DNA of 64,000 bases from an uncultured Deferribacteraceae bacterium (GTDB lineage Bacteria; Chrysiogenota; Deferribacteres; CAMZNJ01). Location: the NCBI GenBank assembly GCA_947313825.1, contig CAMZNJ010000055.1, forward strand, positions 480 to 64,479, in the 5' to 3' direction. Positions 37,817 to 47,760 of the stretch are shown here, piece by piece. A program made the translations under genes and the position numbers. Every line of letters starts with the position of its first letter. The first letter of the stretch is position 1. The notes under the pieces were generated by a model that saw only the letters and a program-made list of their open reading frames with translations, did no database searches and had not been told where the DNA came from.

Positions 37817-39640
37817 TTATTTTTTGCCGTTATAGTTTTCGATGTATTGGAATACCCCTTTGCTGATGCCTTCGGCATACTTATCCAGATTACGAGAACT
37901 TTTGAACCTTGCGGCGTCGTTTTTGTTTGACAGAAACCCTGTTTCGATGAGTATGGATGGCATACGTGCCCCTACAAGTACGTAGAATGGTGCCTGTCGA
38001 ACCCCTTTGTCGTATGAGCGTCCTAGTTTGAGTTCCCCAAGGATACCTTTTTGCACATAGTTTGCCAACAGCAATGATTCTTCTAATTTTGAGCCCAGAA
38101 TAATGTCGTACATTATCCCTTGTAGGTCGCTCATGGCTTTGGTTGTTGCTTGGTTTTCGAATGCGGCAATATCCAAGGATGTTTTGTCTTTTGTAATGTT
38201 TAGGACAAATGTCATGACGCCGTATAGGTTGGGGTTGGTGTGGGCATTGGCGTGCACTGAGAGGAATAGATCGGCATGACGTTTGTTTGCAAAGGCTGTG
38301 CGTTCGTCGAGTTCTATGAATTTGTTGGAGCTACGAGTTAGGTATACGCTCAGATCTTTGTTGGTGGCGAGTTGCTTGGCGAGCCTTTTGCTAATATCTA
38401 GGACGATGTCTTTCTCTTTGAGCCCGTAATAAATGGCACCGGGATCTTTTCCGCCATGACCGGGATCCACAACAACATTGCGAATTTTAACGCCGATGAC
38501 CTGTGCTAGTGTTTCGATGTCCACGTCTTTGGATACTAGCGTTGTGCTTCCGCCTAGTGTTGCACGAAGGGGTGCGTCGTCGGAGATATCCACAACAATT
38601 CTGCGTGGTGAGCTCAGTTCAAACACCCTGTACCCTGTGGGTTTGTCTAGTCCGAGTACGACACGTACGACCCCAGGGCGATTTACTGCCCAGCGTATTT
38701 GTTGTAGGTGCGAGTCGTTGACGTTGACTGTTGCGGGGATATCTTTGTTGACTGTTGTGTTTTTGAGGTCGATGAAGATGCGTGCGGAGCGGTTGAATTT
38801 TGGATCTGGTGGCAGGTCTTTGAAGGTGTAGCTCACGGAGTCGGAGAGGTCGATAACGAGGCGTGTGTAGTTCTCCCCTGAGTAGTGTCGGAACGATTTT
38901 AGTAGTTCGAACCCATTGGCGAGGTTGTCTTCTTGTGCTTGTGTGTTGCTGTTGGCGGGTATGACAAGTCCGAAGCTTGCGTCGCCAAGGGGATCGCCGT
39001 TGTTTGTTTTGGAGTTTGCAATTGGTTGTATTATTTCGTCAACAACGCCTCTGTTTATGCCATTAGTGTTTTTGAGTTGTGCTGCTGTTTCTTTTGGCAG
39101 GGGTGCTCCCCCGAATTTTTTGGTTAGGGTGTCGATTTTTTTTAAGGCTTCATCGGCATACGGTGAGCCTGAGAATCGTGTTAGGACGCGATTGTAGTTG
39201 TAGAGTGCGGAGGCGTAATCTTCTTGGAGTTCGTAGATGGCGGATGTTTCGAGGTAGCCCCTTGCTGCTAGGTCGGTTTCGTAGTTGGTTGCCACGAGTC
39301 GGTAGTATCGCAGTGCGTTGTCCATGTCGGATTTGACTGCATAGCGTGTGTATGAGTCCCAGTAGATGGTTGCACAGGCGAAGATGTAGTCGGGAGCGTC
39401 GTCGCTTTGAGGGTTGTCGGAGTATTTTTTGCACACTTCAGTTGCGAAGGTTGTGTACTGCTTACGCATGGCATTTTTGTTGTCCCTGAGATCGCCTAAG
39501 ATGGTGTAGTATTTGGCGGTGGAGACAGGGTTGGCGTACGCTGAGAGCATAGGGATAGGTGCAAGCGTGAGCATACCCATCGTAATTAGGGTAATCATGG
39601 TCATGATTTGCATATTTATTTGTTGCAATACAAACTTCAA
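37817..39640 (-). CDS. N-acetylmuramoyl-L-alanine amidase (Amidase_3) fused to an N-terminal TPR (YbgF/CpoB-like) domain
   Basis: A signal peptide is followed by TPR-like repeats (YYRLVATNYETDLAARGYLETSAIYELQEDYASALYNYNRVL). The C-terminal amidase carries VVDPGHGGKDPGA...SVHANAH. Confidence 0.75.
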   Translation of the reverse strand: MKFVLQQINMQIMTMITLITMGMLTLAPIPMLSAYANPVSTAKYYTILGDLRDNKNAMRKQYTTFATEVCKKYSDNPQSDDAPDYIFACATIYWDSYTRYAVKSDMDNALRYYRLVATNYETDLAARGYLETSAIYELQEDYASALYNYNRVLTRFSGSPYADEALKKIDTLTKKFGGAPLPKETAAQLKNTNGINRGVVDEIIQPIANSKTNNGDPLGDASFGLVIPANSNTQAQEDNLANGFELLKSFRHYSGENYTRLVIDLSDSVSYTFKDLPPDPKFNRSARIFIDLKNTTVNKDIPATVNVNDSHLQQIRWAVNRPGVVRVVLGLDKPTGYRVFELSSPRRIVVDISDDAPLRATLGGSTTLVSKDVDIETLAQVIGVKIRNVVVDPGHGGKDPGAIYYGLKEKDIVLDISKRLAKQLATNKDLSVYLTRSSNKFIELDERTAFANKRHADLFLSVHANAHTNPNLYGVMTFVLNITKDKTSLDIAAFENQATTKAMSDLQGIMYDIILGSKLEESLLLANYVQKGILGELKLGRSYDKGVRQAPFYVLVGARMPSILIETGFLSNKNDAARFKSSRNLDKYAEGISKGVFQYIENYNGKK

Positions 39641-39801
39641 AATACACCCCGACTGTTAACACCAATGGCTAACATGGTTGACTCAGCACACAGAACTCGC
39701 TTTGAACAGCGTACAAGCATACTTATGCACATTATACCACAAAACATTGTATTACTCAACCATGTATTTGCCCTTAATATTTCGGTTGTGTTCTTTGGTG
39801 T

Positions 39802-42618
39802 TTATTTGTGTTGTGCTAGTTTGGTTTTCATGTATTTGCCTGTGTGGGAGTGTTTCGCCTTGGCTATCTCTTCTGGCGTGCCTTCAAATATTACCATTCC
39901 GCCACCTGTGCCGCCATCTGGTCCCATGTCGATGATGTGGTCGGAGCATTTGATAATATCTAGGTTGTGTTCGATGACTACAACGGTGTTCCCTTCGTCT
40001 ACAAGTGCGTTGAAGATGTGTATTAGTTTGGCGATATCGTGGAAATGGAGCCCTGTTGTGGGTTCGTCGAATATGTAGAGTGTGTTGTCGGTGGATCGTT
40101 TGTTGAGTTCGCGACTGAGTTTGAGGCGTTGTGCTTCTCCCCCCGAGAGTGTTGTGGACGACTGCCCTAGTTTGAGGTAGCCGAGACCAACATCTTGGAG
40201 CACCACCAACTTCCCTTTGATGCGTGATATGTTGTCGAAGAAGTCGCACGCCTGATTGATGGTCATGTCCAACACTTCTGCAATGGATTTGTGGTTAAAC
40301 TTGATATCTAGGGTATCGCGATTGTATCGGCTCCCCTTGCAGGTGTCGCACTTGACGTACATGTCGGGCATAAAGTGCATCTCTATTTTGATAGAACCGT
40401 TGCCGGCACACTCTTTGCAACGTCCGTGTTTTGTGTTGAATGAGAAACGTCCGGAGGTGTACCCACGTTTTTTCGCTTCAGGGAGTGTTGCAAACACCTC
40501 GCGAATATCGGTGAGAACGCCTGTGTAGGTGGCAGGGTTGGAGTGTGGCGTACGACCGATGGGGGCTTGATCGATGTGTATGATTTTGTCCACAAGCTCG
40601 ATACCCTCAATGGAGTCGCACTTCCCAGGGATAAACGCACCACCGTACAGGGTTTTCGCAATGTTGGCGTAAAGAACATCCATGACGAGGGACGACTTAC
40701 CCGAACCGCTAACGCCTGTTACAGTGGTGAACACGCCCAAGGGGAATGAAATATCCACACCTTGAAGGTTGTTTTCGCAGGCATTGCGTACAACAATCTC
40801 CCCTTTCGTGGTTGATCGTCGTGTTGTTGGAACTTCAATTTTCATCCGCCCTGAGAGGTATGCACCTGTGAGGGATTTTTCGCTAAGTAGGAGCTCTTCA
40901 GGTGTGCCAGCAAAAATTACTTCACCACCATGAACGCCGGCGTAAGGACCGATATCAACAACGTAATCGCACTGTTTTAACGTGTCTTCATCGTGCTCAA
41001 CCACTAGAACGGAGTTACCGAGATCCCTTAGCCCTTTCAGGGTTGTGAGTAGTTTGTCGTTGTCCCGTTGGTGTAGTCCGATGGATGGTTCGTCCAGAAC
41101 ATACAGCACACCTGTGAGCCCTGATCCTATTTGGCTTGCGAGGCGTATGCGTTGTGCTTCTCCCCCTGAGAGTGTGCCGGATCTTCGTCCTAGGCTAATG
41201 TAGTGCAGTCCCACGTCGTTGAGGAATGAGAGTCGTTGAATTATTTCTTGCACTATTTTGTCGGCAACAAGCTGTCGGAACCCGTCTAGCGTTAGGTTTT
41301 GGTAGAAGGTCAACGCTTCGGTGGTGCTCATCTCCATAATATCTGCAACGTTTTTGCCACCAACGTAAACGGCTAGGGATTCGGGTGAGAGTCGTTTACC
41401 TTTGCAGGAGGGGCATGGTTTTGCTAGCATGTACCTTTCGGTTTTTTCTTTGTCTTTTGCTATTCCACTTTTTAGCATGGATTGCAGGTGTCCCATAACC
41501 CCTTTGAAGGGTTTCTCAATGGTAATTTTCTCTTTATCGGAGTACATGTGTATGACGATTTTTTCGTCAACGCCGTTAATCATAATATCTTTGTGTTTGT
41601 CGCTAAGAAGATCCCAAGGTTTGTCCATATCTATGCCATAGGTGGACGATACAGCGTTGAGGGTATTGTAGAAGTGGTAACTTTCCATCTTTTTCCAGGG
41701 GAGTATCGCCCCTTCTTGAATACTTAGGCTCCCATCGGGCACGATTAGGGCAACATCCAGCTCGTTGCTCTCCCCCAAGCCATCACACGCTTTGCAGGAG
41801 CCGTAAGGGTTGTTGAATGAGAAGTTGCGTGGTTCCATGTCGGTAATGGCAACGCCACAGTCGAGGCAGGATAGGTGTTCGCTCATGAGCACAACTTCTT
41901 CGTCAAACTTCAGCTCAACCAAGCCGGAACTAAGCTCTAACGCTACTTCCACAGACTCAGTGAGGCGACGCTTGTTTTCTGAGTCAACTTTTAAGCGGTC
42001 AACAACAACGCTTATGGTGTGTTTCACGGTTTTTGCAATTTTAATCTCTTCGTCCAAGCGGTAAAGTTTGGAGTCAACATAAACACGAACAAAGCCCTGC
42101 TTGAACAGATCTTCAAACAGTTTGCGTTGCTCACCTTTGCGACCACGAACCACGGGCGACATAATTTCGAGCTTGGCACCAGCACTGCGTGTCAGAATGT
42201 AGTCAACAATCTCTTGGGGGGAGTAGGAGTGTATTCGCTTGCCGCATGAATGGCAGTGAACGTCGCCAACACGAGCATACAAAAGGCGAATGTAGTCGTA
42301 TATTTCCGTAACAGTGGCAACGTTGGAGCGTGGGTTGCGAGACACAGACTTCTGCTCAATACTGATGGCAGGGGACAGGAACTGAATCGAATCCACGTCG
42401 GGCTTGTTCATTAGCTCCAAAAATTGACGTGCATAAGCCGACAGAGACTCCACGTACCGACGTTGCCCCTCGGCATAAAGCGTGTCAAACGCAAGGGTGG
42501 ACTTACCCGAACCGCTCACACCACTAATCACAACTAGTTTGTTTTTCGGAATATCAAGGCTGATGTCTTTTAAGTTGTGCTCACGTGCACCCTTGATAAT
42601 AATTTTGTCATTCACCAT
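39802..42618 (-). CDS. uvrA: Excinuclease ABC subunit A
   Basis: A 938-aa protein with two ABC modules (GVSGSGKST x2) and zinc-finger Cys clusters. Confidence 0.95.
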   Translation of the reverse strand: MVNDKIIIKGAREHNLKDISLDIPKNKLVVISGVSGSGKSTLAFDTLYAEGQRRYVESLSAYARQFLELMNKPDVDSIQFLSPAISIEQKSVSRNPRSNVATVTEIYDYIRLLYARVGDVHCHSCGKRIHSYSPQEIVDYILTRSAGAKLEIMSPVVRGRKGEQRKLFEDLFKQGFVRVYVDSKLYRLDEEIKIAKTVKHTISVVVDRLKVDSENKRRLTESVEVALELSSGLVELKFDEEVVLMSEHLSCLDCGVAITDMEPRNFSFNNPYGSCKACDGLGESNELDVALIVPDGSLSIQEGAILPWKKMESYHFYNTLNAVSSTYGIDMDKPWDLLSDKHKDIMINGVDEKIVIHMYSDKEKITIEKPFKGVMGHLQSMLKSGIAKDKEKTERYMLAKPCPSCKGKRLSPESLAVYVGGKNVADIMEMSTTEALTFYQNLTLDGFRQLVADKIVQEIIQRLSFLNDVGLHYISLGRRSGTLSGGEAQRIRLASQIGSGLTGVLYVLDEPSIGLHQRDNDKLLTTLKGLRDLGNSVLVVEHDEDTLKQCDYVVDIGPYAGVHGGEVIFAGTPEELLLSEKSLTGAYLSGRMKIEVPTTRRSTTKGEIVVRNACENNLQGVDISFPLGVFTTVTGVSGSGKSSLVMDVLYANIAKTLYGGAFIPGKCDSIEGIELVDKIIHIDQAPIGRTPHSNPATYTGVLTDIREVFATLPEAKKRGYTSGRFSFNTKHGRCKECAGNGSIKIEMHFMPDMYVKCDTCKGSRYNRDTLDIKFNHKSIAEVLDMTINQACDFFDNISRIKGKLVVLQDVGLGYLKLGQSSTTLSGGEAQRLKLSRELNKRSTDNTLYIFDEPTTGLHFHDIAKLIHIFNALVDEGNTVVVIEHNLDIIKCSDHIIDMGPDGGTGGGMVIFEGTPEEIAKAKHSHTGKYMKTKLAQHK

Positions 42619-42777
42619 AATGCTATTTCACCCCAAAGGCGAGCCTATTGCTCCAACCCCACGTAACGATAACGATACCGAACCGAAAACAATTTAAACA
42701 CCGAAACAGCTCAGTTATAAATTATAACAAACTATAACAGAAAATTAAACATAAACAGTAAATACTTACCAAGACGG

Positions 42778-44583
42778 CTAAGATATTAGCCCAGCTAAGC
42801 CCGGAACATCGGATATGGACACACAGCTAATACCTTTTATGTAGCGTGTGGCAAAGTCGTCAATGCTAGGGGCACTGAAATAATTTATGGCAACCATGGC
42901 ACCGTCGTAAGTAACATTATCCAACTTACCATGGTATGTTTTGTCGATTATCCCAAGGTATTGAGCAAATGCGGAAATATCACCAACAGACGCTCCTGTG
43001 TAGATGCGAATGCCAACAAGGGGGGATATCTCAGAAGCAACAAGGGGGAGGAGTGCACGCACAGCTTTGCCGTATTTGTCCACACCACGAATATACTCAC
43101 CATCAACAGATACAAGGGAATGCCTATCACGGTATATGTTGAACAGGTTACCCTTCGACTTCGCCGCAACCTTAAGGGCTAACTCCAAGGGGATGCGTTC
43201 CGAAAGCTCTGAACGGGGGTAAAACTGGTAAGTTTCGTCCAAAAAACCGCGACCCAAAAGAATATGGATACAATGCAACATCGCCACAAAAGTTATGCCG
43301 TTAGGTGGCATATCGGGATCCAAAATGCCAACGTCAACAATACCCTTATGCATGCTGATTATGGGGTTCGTTGCCGAAAACTCAGGCAACTCCAAGGACG
43401 GTGGCAACTCCAATGGTGCCGTGGAAAACTCGTAATAACCCGACTTAGCATAGTAATAAACCCTATCAGTATGCTGTGTGCTCAAAACCAAAGTACCATT
43501 GCTATGCAAATTTGAAAGAAGCAAAAAATGCTCCAAATTCGAAGGGGTAGTGTCAGTGGCAAGGGGCTGTAAATACTCGATGCTAACACCGTCAACACTC
43601 TCTGATGCGTAAAAAGCAAGACCGAATAAATTCTTCTTAACATCAACCGTAACCATCTCAGAATACTCACGAATAATACAAATCACACGCTCAGAATGCT
43701 GAATATTAAGCATGCGATTAATCACTTGAGGCAACAAACCCTCGGCGATAACTCGATGCAAAAACTGGGACGCTGTGGTAATCTCGGAGCCTGAAGCGGA
43801 ACCATCTTGGGAGGGAACAATATACCCAACCAAACTGGACACAGGGATTGTTGTATCGTTAATTATGCTGTCCAAGGGGGCACTGTACTGCAAAATACGA
43901 ACGGTATCACCATTGTCGTACACAACTATGCCGTCCGTAAGCCCCGAAGCAGTAGGCTCGGGATGGGTAATGTCGTCGATGGTCGCTTCCGCAAGGTGGG
44001 GCACATCTCTGTAGTAGGATGAGTGGGTTGCACCACTGGACGAGCCTGCCTGAGAGGCGATGGTGTGAGCTGATGACGGTGCTGACGCTGACGCTGACGA
44101 TACCGCTGGCGACGCCGTTTCTGCTGGTGTCTGGGCACCACCACCCCCAACGTAGTCGAACATCCCCTGTGGGCTAGTCGCTGACGGTGCTGACATTGCT
44201 GACGCTGACGAGCCTACCCCTGCACCCCCATCGTACTGCCCCCCATCGTTGTGGCGAGCGTCGTACTCTTGCTGTGTATTGTTGGTGCTACTGTCGGGGA
44301 GCGATATTTCCACGTCGTGTCCAACGCTGTATCGACAAGCTAATCGGTAGCCGTTATTGAGTAGTAGTTGTCCCACATGCAGTCTATCTGCCTTGCTTAT
44401 GCGTTCCCCATCCGCGGAGAACTGCACCTGACATTTACCGCATCGCCCCTTACCGTTGCACATAGTTGTGTGCATAATATTTTTATCACGCAGTGCTTGG
44501 TATAGGGTTGCCCCTTTCGGTACAGAGATAACTTTGTTTGTCCCACGAATACTAACGCGGTACTCACGATTGAAGATACGCAT
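42778..44583 (-). CDS. 2Fe-2S ferredoxin-domain / ASKHA (DUF4445) protein of the corrinoid-activation (RACo)-like family, with a low-complexity S/A/G linker
   Basis: The N-terminus VSIRGTNKVISVPKGATLYQAL...CNGKGRCGKCQV is a plant-type ferredoxin fold. The large C-terminal domain is typical of ASKHA ATPase-like proteins. Confidence 0.6.
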   Translation of the reverse strand: MRIFNREYRVSIRGTNKVISVPKGATLYQALRDKNIMHTTMCNGKGRCGKCQVQFSADGERISKADRLHVGQLLLNNGYRLACRYSVGHDVEISLPDSSTNNTQQEYDARHNDGGQYDGGAGVGSSASAMSAPSATSPQGMFDYVGGGGAQTPAETASPAVSSASASAPSSAHTIASQAGSSSGATHSSYYRDVPHLAEATIDDITHPEPTASGLTDGIVVYDNGDTVRILQYSAPLDSIINDTTIPVSSLVGYIVPSQDGSASGSEITTASQFLHRVIAEGLLPQVINRMLNIQHSERVICIIREYSEMVTVDVKKNLFGLAFYASESVDGVSIEYLQPLATDTTPSNLEHFLLLSNLHSNGTLVLSTQHTDRVYYYAKSGYYEFSTAPLELPPSLELPEFSATNPIISMHKGIVDVGILDPDMPPNGITFVAMLHCIHILLGRGFLDETYQFYPRSELSERIPLELALKVAAKSKGNLFNIYRDRHSLVSVDGEYIRGVDKYGKAVRALLPLVASEISPLVGIRIYTGASVGDISAFAQYLGIIDKTYHGKLDNVTYDGAMVAINYFSAPSIDDFATRYIKGISCVSISDVPGLAGLIS

Positions 44584-44635
44584 ACACACACTCCCACCCT
44601 ACTCCCAAGCGGGAGTTTCGCCATGATGCCCGTAT

Positions 44636-44899
44636 TTAATTTAGGGATGTATTTTCCACAATTGTAATGTAGTCATCAATATATTTTTTGTTAATGCTGT
44701 TGGTGCTCGGAACCTGTACAACGTCAACACTGATACGTCGTGTAGGTGTTTCCATGACCACACGATCCCCCACTTTAACAACGTAGGATGCCTTGACTTT
44801 GGATCCATTTACACTTACGAACCCCTCTTTTGCTGCCTCAGAGGCAACTGAGCGACGTTTTGCAATCATGGTAACTTTCAAGAATTTGTCTAAACGCAT
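44636..44899 (-). CDS. S4-domain RNA-binding protein (Hsp15/YlmH-like)
   Basis: MRLDKFLKV...KRRSVASEAAKEGFVSVNGSKVKASYVVKVGD is an S4 fold. The start is chosen at M14 of the listed ORF. Confidence 0.7.
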   Translation of the reverse strand: MRLDKFLKVTMIAKRRSVASEAAKEGFVSVNGSKVKASYVVKVGDRVVMETPTRRISVDVVQVPSTNSINKKYIDDYITIVENTSLN

Positions 44900-44918
44900 A
44901 AAGCCTCCTAAGGTCGAC

Positions 44919-45908
44919 CTATTCGAACACCTGAACAATTGAAAACCGCATCTGCATCTCTAGCCACTGCTCGTAAGTTGCTTGCACCTTTGCGGCGTAT
45001 AGTTCTTGTAAGATTCTCCCGCTTAGGTCGTAAAATGACGCTATCGTGCGGGGGTTGGAGGTAATGTAGAATCGGTATGCGTTACCATCCACAACACGCA
45101 CGGGGGAGATGGTTTTTGCTTTCAGGGTTTGTACGATGGGTTGCAAGTCGTCGCGAATGTCGCCAATCTTGTCGTAAGGGATGACCACTGCTTGGGCAAC
45201 ACGGCTTAGTGCTGCCAACTCTTGATCCCGCAATCCGTCTCGAAACAGCTCTGTGATTTGGGTGTCGTATTTGGGATCGTAAATAATATTGATAACATAC
45301 GGCTTGGCCTCAGTGTATTCGCCAAACCCGTACTCAAGGATGTCCCGACTGGAGATAACAATCGTGGGGGCGATAACATTTTGGGCGACGCTTTGTCGTT
45401 TGAGTTCGAGGTTGATGCGTGCCAAGTAGCTTTCGTAACTCAAACCGCTGTCTTTGAGGTCTTGCAGAAGCTGTTCCCGCGTTGCCCCTTGTGAGTCGAG
45501 TATTGCTTGAATGTACCTATCTTGATCGTCTTGTGTGGGCTCAGGCAGGCGAACTTGCTTGAGCACCTTGGTGAGTATTTCGCTTTCGATAATCGACTTG
45601 CGTAATGACTCGTTGTTGGTCAAGCTCTTGTCAATTGAGCCACTTCCAGCACTGAAGGTGCCCCCTGTGTTTTGCGAGGAGAGATCGAACCCCATGTCGG
45701 CAATATCCTTGTACGTTATGGGGTTTTGGTTAATCACCAATGCCAAGGCTGTGCTACTATGGCGTGGGGTATCGGCTCCCCTAGCGGTAAGGGGGAGGAT
45801 TACGCCAACAGTTGCCACCAAGCTAAGGAGTGCTATTGCTGTTGTGAGCAGTATTTTGCTCGTTATTGTCGGGGTTGTGTGCCCCTGTTTTTGGGAATAT
45901 ATGGTCAT
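44919..45908 (-). CDS. Periplasmic chaperone, SurA N-terminal-domain-like protein without PPIase domain
   Basis: An N-terminal TM/signal sequence is followed by SurA_N-like helices (...SYESYLARINLELKRQSVAQNVIAPTIV...). Confidence 0.5.
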   Translation of the reverse strand: MTIYSQKQGHTTPTITSKILLTTAIALLSLVATVGVILPLTARGADTPRHSSTALALVINQNPITYKDIADMGFDLSSQNTGGTFSAGSGSIDKSLTNNESLRKSIIESEILTKVLKQVRLPEPTQDDQDRYIQAILDSQGATREQLLQDLKDSGLSYESYLARINLELKRQSVAQNVIAPTIVISSRDILEYGFGEYTEAKPYVINIIYDPKYDTQITELFRDGLRDQELAALSRVAQAVVIPYDKIGDIRDDLQPIVQTLKAKTISPVRVVDGNAYRFYITSNPRTIASFYDLSGRILQELYAAKVQATYEQWLEMQMRFSIVQVFE

Positions 45909-45931
45909 AACGCTGTCCGCCTAGAGTCTCG

Positions 45932-45995
45932 CCATAACACATACAGCACAGTAGCACAGTAGCACAGTAGCACAGTAGCTGTGTGTGGTGTTATG
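45932..45995. repeat. Imperfect palindrome (CCATAACACATACAGC / GCTGTGTGTGGTGTTATGG) enclosing a CACAGTAG x4 tandem repeat, overlapping the stop of the upstream chaperone gene
   Basis: Read directly from the sequence. Confidence 0.75.
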
Positions 45996-47022
45996 GGTTT
46001 ATGATTGTGTTGATTACCGTTCCGTCTGGTATGTAGTATTGTATATCAGTAGTAGTGTACAATATTTCAATATAGTCGTCTACATAAGAGTTCACCTTTT
46101 GGTGGTAGAGGGATTTGCCAATACTGTCGCGTAGCAGGTCTAAGGGGATAAAGTTTTTGCTACTGTTGTACACCCCTAGCACTTGGTAGATGTGGTGCAC
46201 GCCCCCTTGGTCGTATAGGTGCGTTTCACCTTGAGGCATTCCGTCTGCAGGGAGGATACCCTTGGGGGTACTCCCTTGCAACAAAAACCCTTCCTGAAGA
46301 AAAACGTTACTGTACCCTTCATCATACCTACGTGCCACCTCTTCGAAATCGTACTCTTTGAGCTCTTCAAGTATCTCTTGTTGCAGTGCGTTGCTATCGG
46401 TAACAATACCTAGGATATGGCGAATGGGGTAGTTGTCGAACTCGTTTTTCATCCTATCGTATTCTTGGGCAATTTCATCAGACGAGATGGTTATCGCCCT
46501 GTAGAAGTTGTCCACCATGTAACCGTGGATAATGCTGTCTTGGTAGGTTATCCCCAAGAAGCTATTGAACACCTGCGAGTTGCTGAGAATTCTGACGGTG
46601 TCCGCCTTGGAGGCATTCTCTTCCAGTGCGTTCCTCACTTCGCTTTCGGCTACGGGGGGTATGGTTGAGCCCCCCCGCTGAGCATCCTGATAGATAAGGT
46701 TATAACGCACAAAATCATGGAGATAAAACTGAAAAATCTCAGTGCTGTTTAGGAGTTTGGGTGAGATGTCGCCCATTTTGAGGGACATGTAATCAGAAAA
46801 ATCTGAAGAGTAGTACATCTTGCCGTTAATAGACACAAACTTGACATGACTAGCAGCATACCGCTGAGCCAACACGTACGTAAGACCAGCAACAAGAAGC
46901 ACCAGTATCGAAACAGAAACAATCAGAGCACGATACTTCTTTGCCGTAACAAAAATGCTATTCCTCATACCCACGTTGGATGTATCCTTGGCTTGTGTCG
47001 CTAACTTATGCATAGAAAGCAC
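45991..47022 (-). CDS. Peptidyl-prolyl cis-trans isomerase (parvulin/PpiC-type) with SurA-like N-domain, membrane-anchored
   Basis: An N-terminal TM helix is followed by a parvulin segment (...NYPIRHILGIV...GGVHHIYQVLGV). Confidence 0.6.
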   Translation of the reverse strand: MLSMHKLATQAKDTSNVGMRNSIFVTAKKYRALIVSVSILVLLVAGLTYVLAQRYAASHVKFVSINGKMYYSSDFSDYMSLKMGDISPKLLNSTEIFQFYLHDFVRYNLIYQDAQRGGSTIPPVAESEVRNALEENASKADTVRILSNSQVFNSFLGITYQDSIIHGYMVDNFYRAITISSDEIAQEYDRMKNEFDNYPIRHILGIVTDSNALQQEILEELKEYDFEEVARRYDEGYSNVFLQEGFLLQGSTPKGILPADGMPQGETHLYDQGGVHHIYQVLGVYNSSKNFIPLDLLRDSIGKSLYHQKVNSYVDDYIEILYTTTDIQYYIPDGTVINTIINP

Positions 47023-47182
47023 AGTTTACACGAAAAAGCACCAATAGCAAAGGGGATTTTTACTCCCACAATAAATTATGACCGGCGAAAGCTCGTTAGA
47101 TGTGTTGATTTTTAACGCAATCAATTATAACATAGCAAACACAAAAACAAAATTCACGGAGACCAAAAACAACCGCAACCGT

Positions 47183-47713
47183 ATGAATATGAATAACACT
47201 AACACAAACCTCAACCACAAACCTAACACCGAAAATTACACCCCCGAAGATATTTATTTCATGGAATATGTACTAAAATTAGCAAAAAATGCCTATGATA
47301 ATGGTGAAGTACCAATCGGTGCAATAGTAGTCGTGGAGGGCAAAATAGTGGGGGAAGGACAAAATCGGAAAGAAACACAGCAAGATACTGTCGCACACGG
47401 CGAAATACTAGCAATACAAAACGCTAGCAAAAACCTCGGAACATGGCGACTCAACAACTCAACTCTGTACACAAATATCGAACCGTGTATAATGTGCTGT
47501 GGTGCAATCATACACGCACGCATCAACCGTGTTGTCTTCTGCACCGACGAACCCAAATTCGGAGGCGTCATCAGCCAAACAAACCTATTCGACATACCAA
47601 CTCTCAACCACAAAGTAAACTACCAATACGGACTCATGCAGAACGAATCACAAACACTAATACGAAAATTTTTTCGCGAAATACGCACAAAACTAAACAA
47701 CAAAAATAAATAA
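47183..47713 (+). CDS. tadA: tRNA-specific adenosine deaminase
   Basis: HAEILAIQ and PCIMCCGAI are CDA-fold zinc motifs. The start is taken at 47183; the N-terminal 35 aa of the listed ORF are an N/T-rich extension. Confidence 0.85.
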   Translation: MNMNNTNTNLNHKPNTENYTPEDIYFMEYVLKLAKNAYDNGEVPIGAIVVVEGKIVGEGQNRKETQQDTVAHGEILAIQNASKNLGTWRLNNSTLYTNIEPCIMCCGAIIHARINRVVFCTDEPKFGGVISQTNLFDIPTLNHKVNYQYGLMQNESQTLIRKFFREIRTKLNNKNK

Positions 47714-47760
47714 GTAAACCAACAGACGCACAGACAAATAATGAAGGAGCCGTGCTGACT

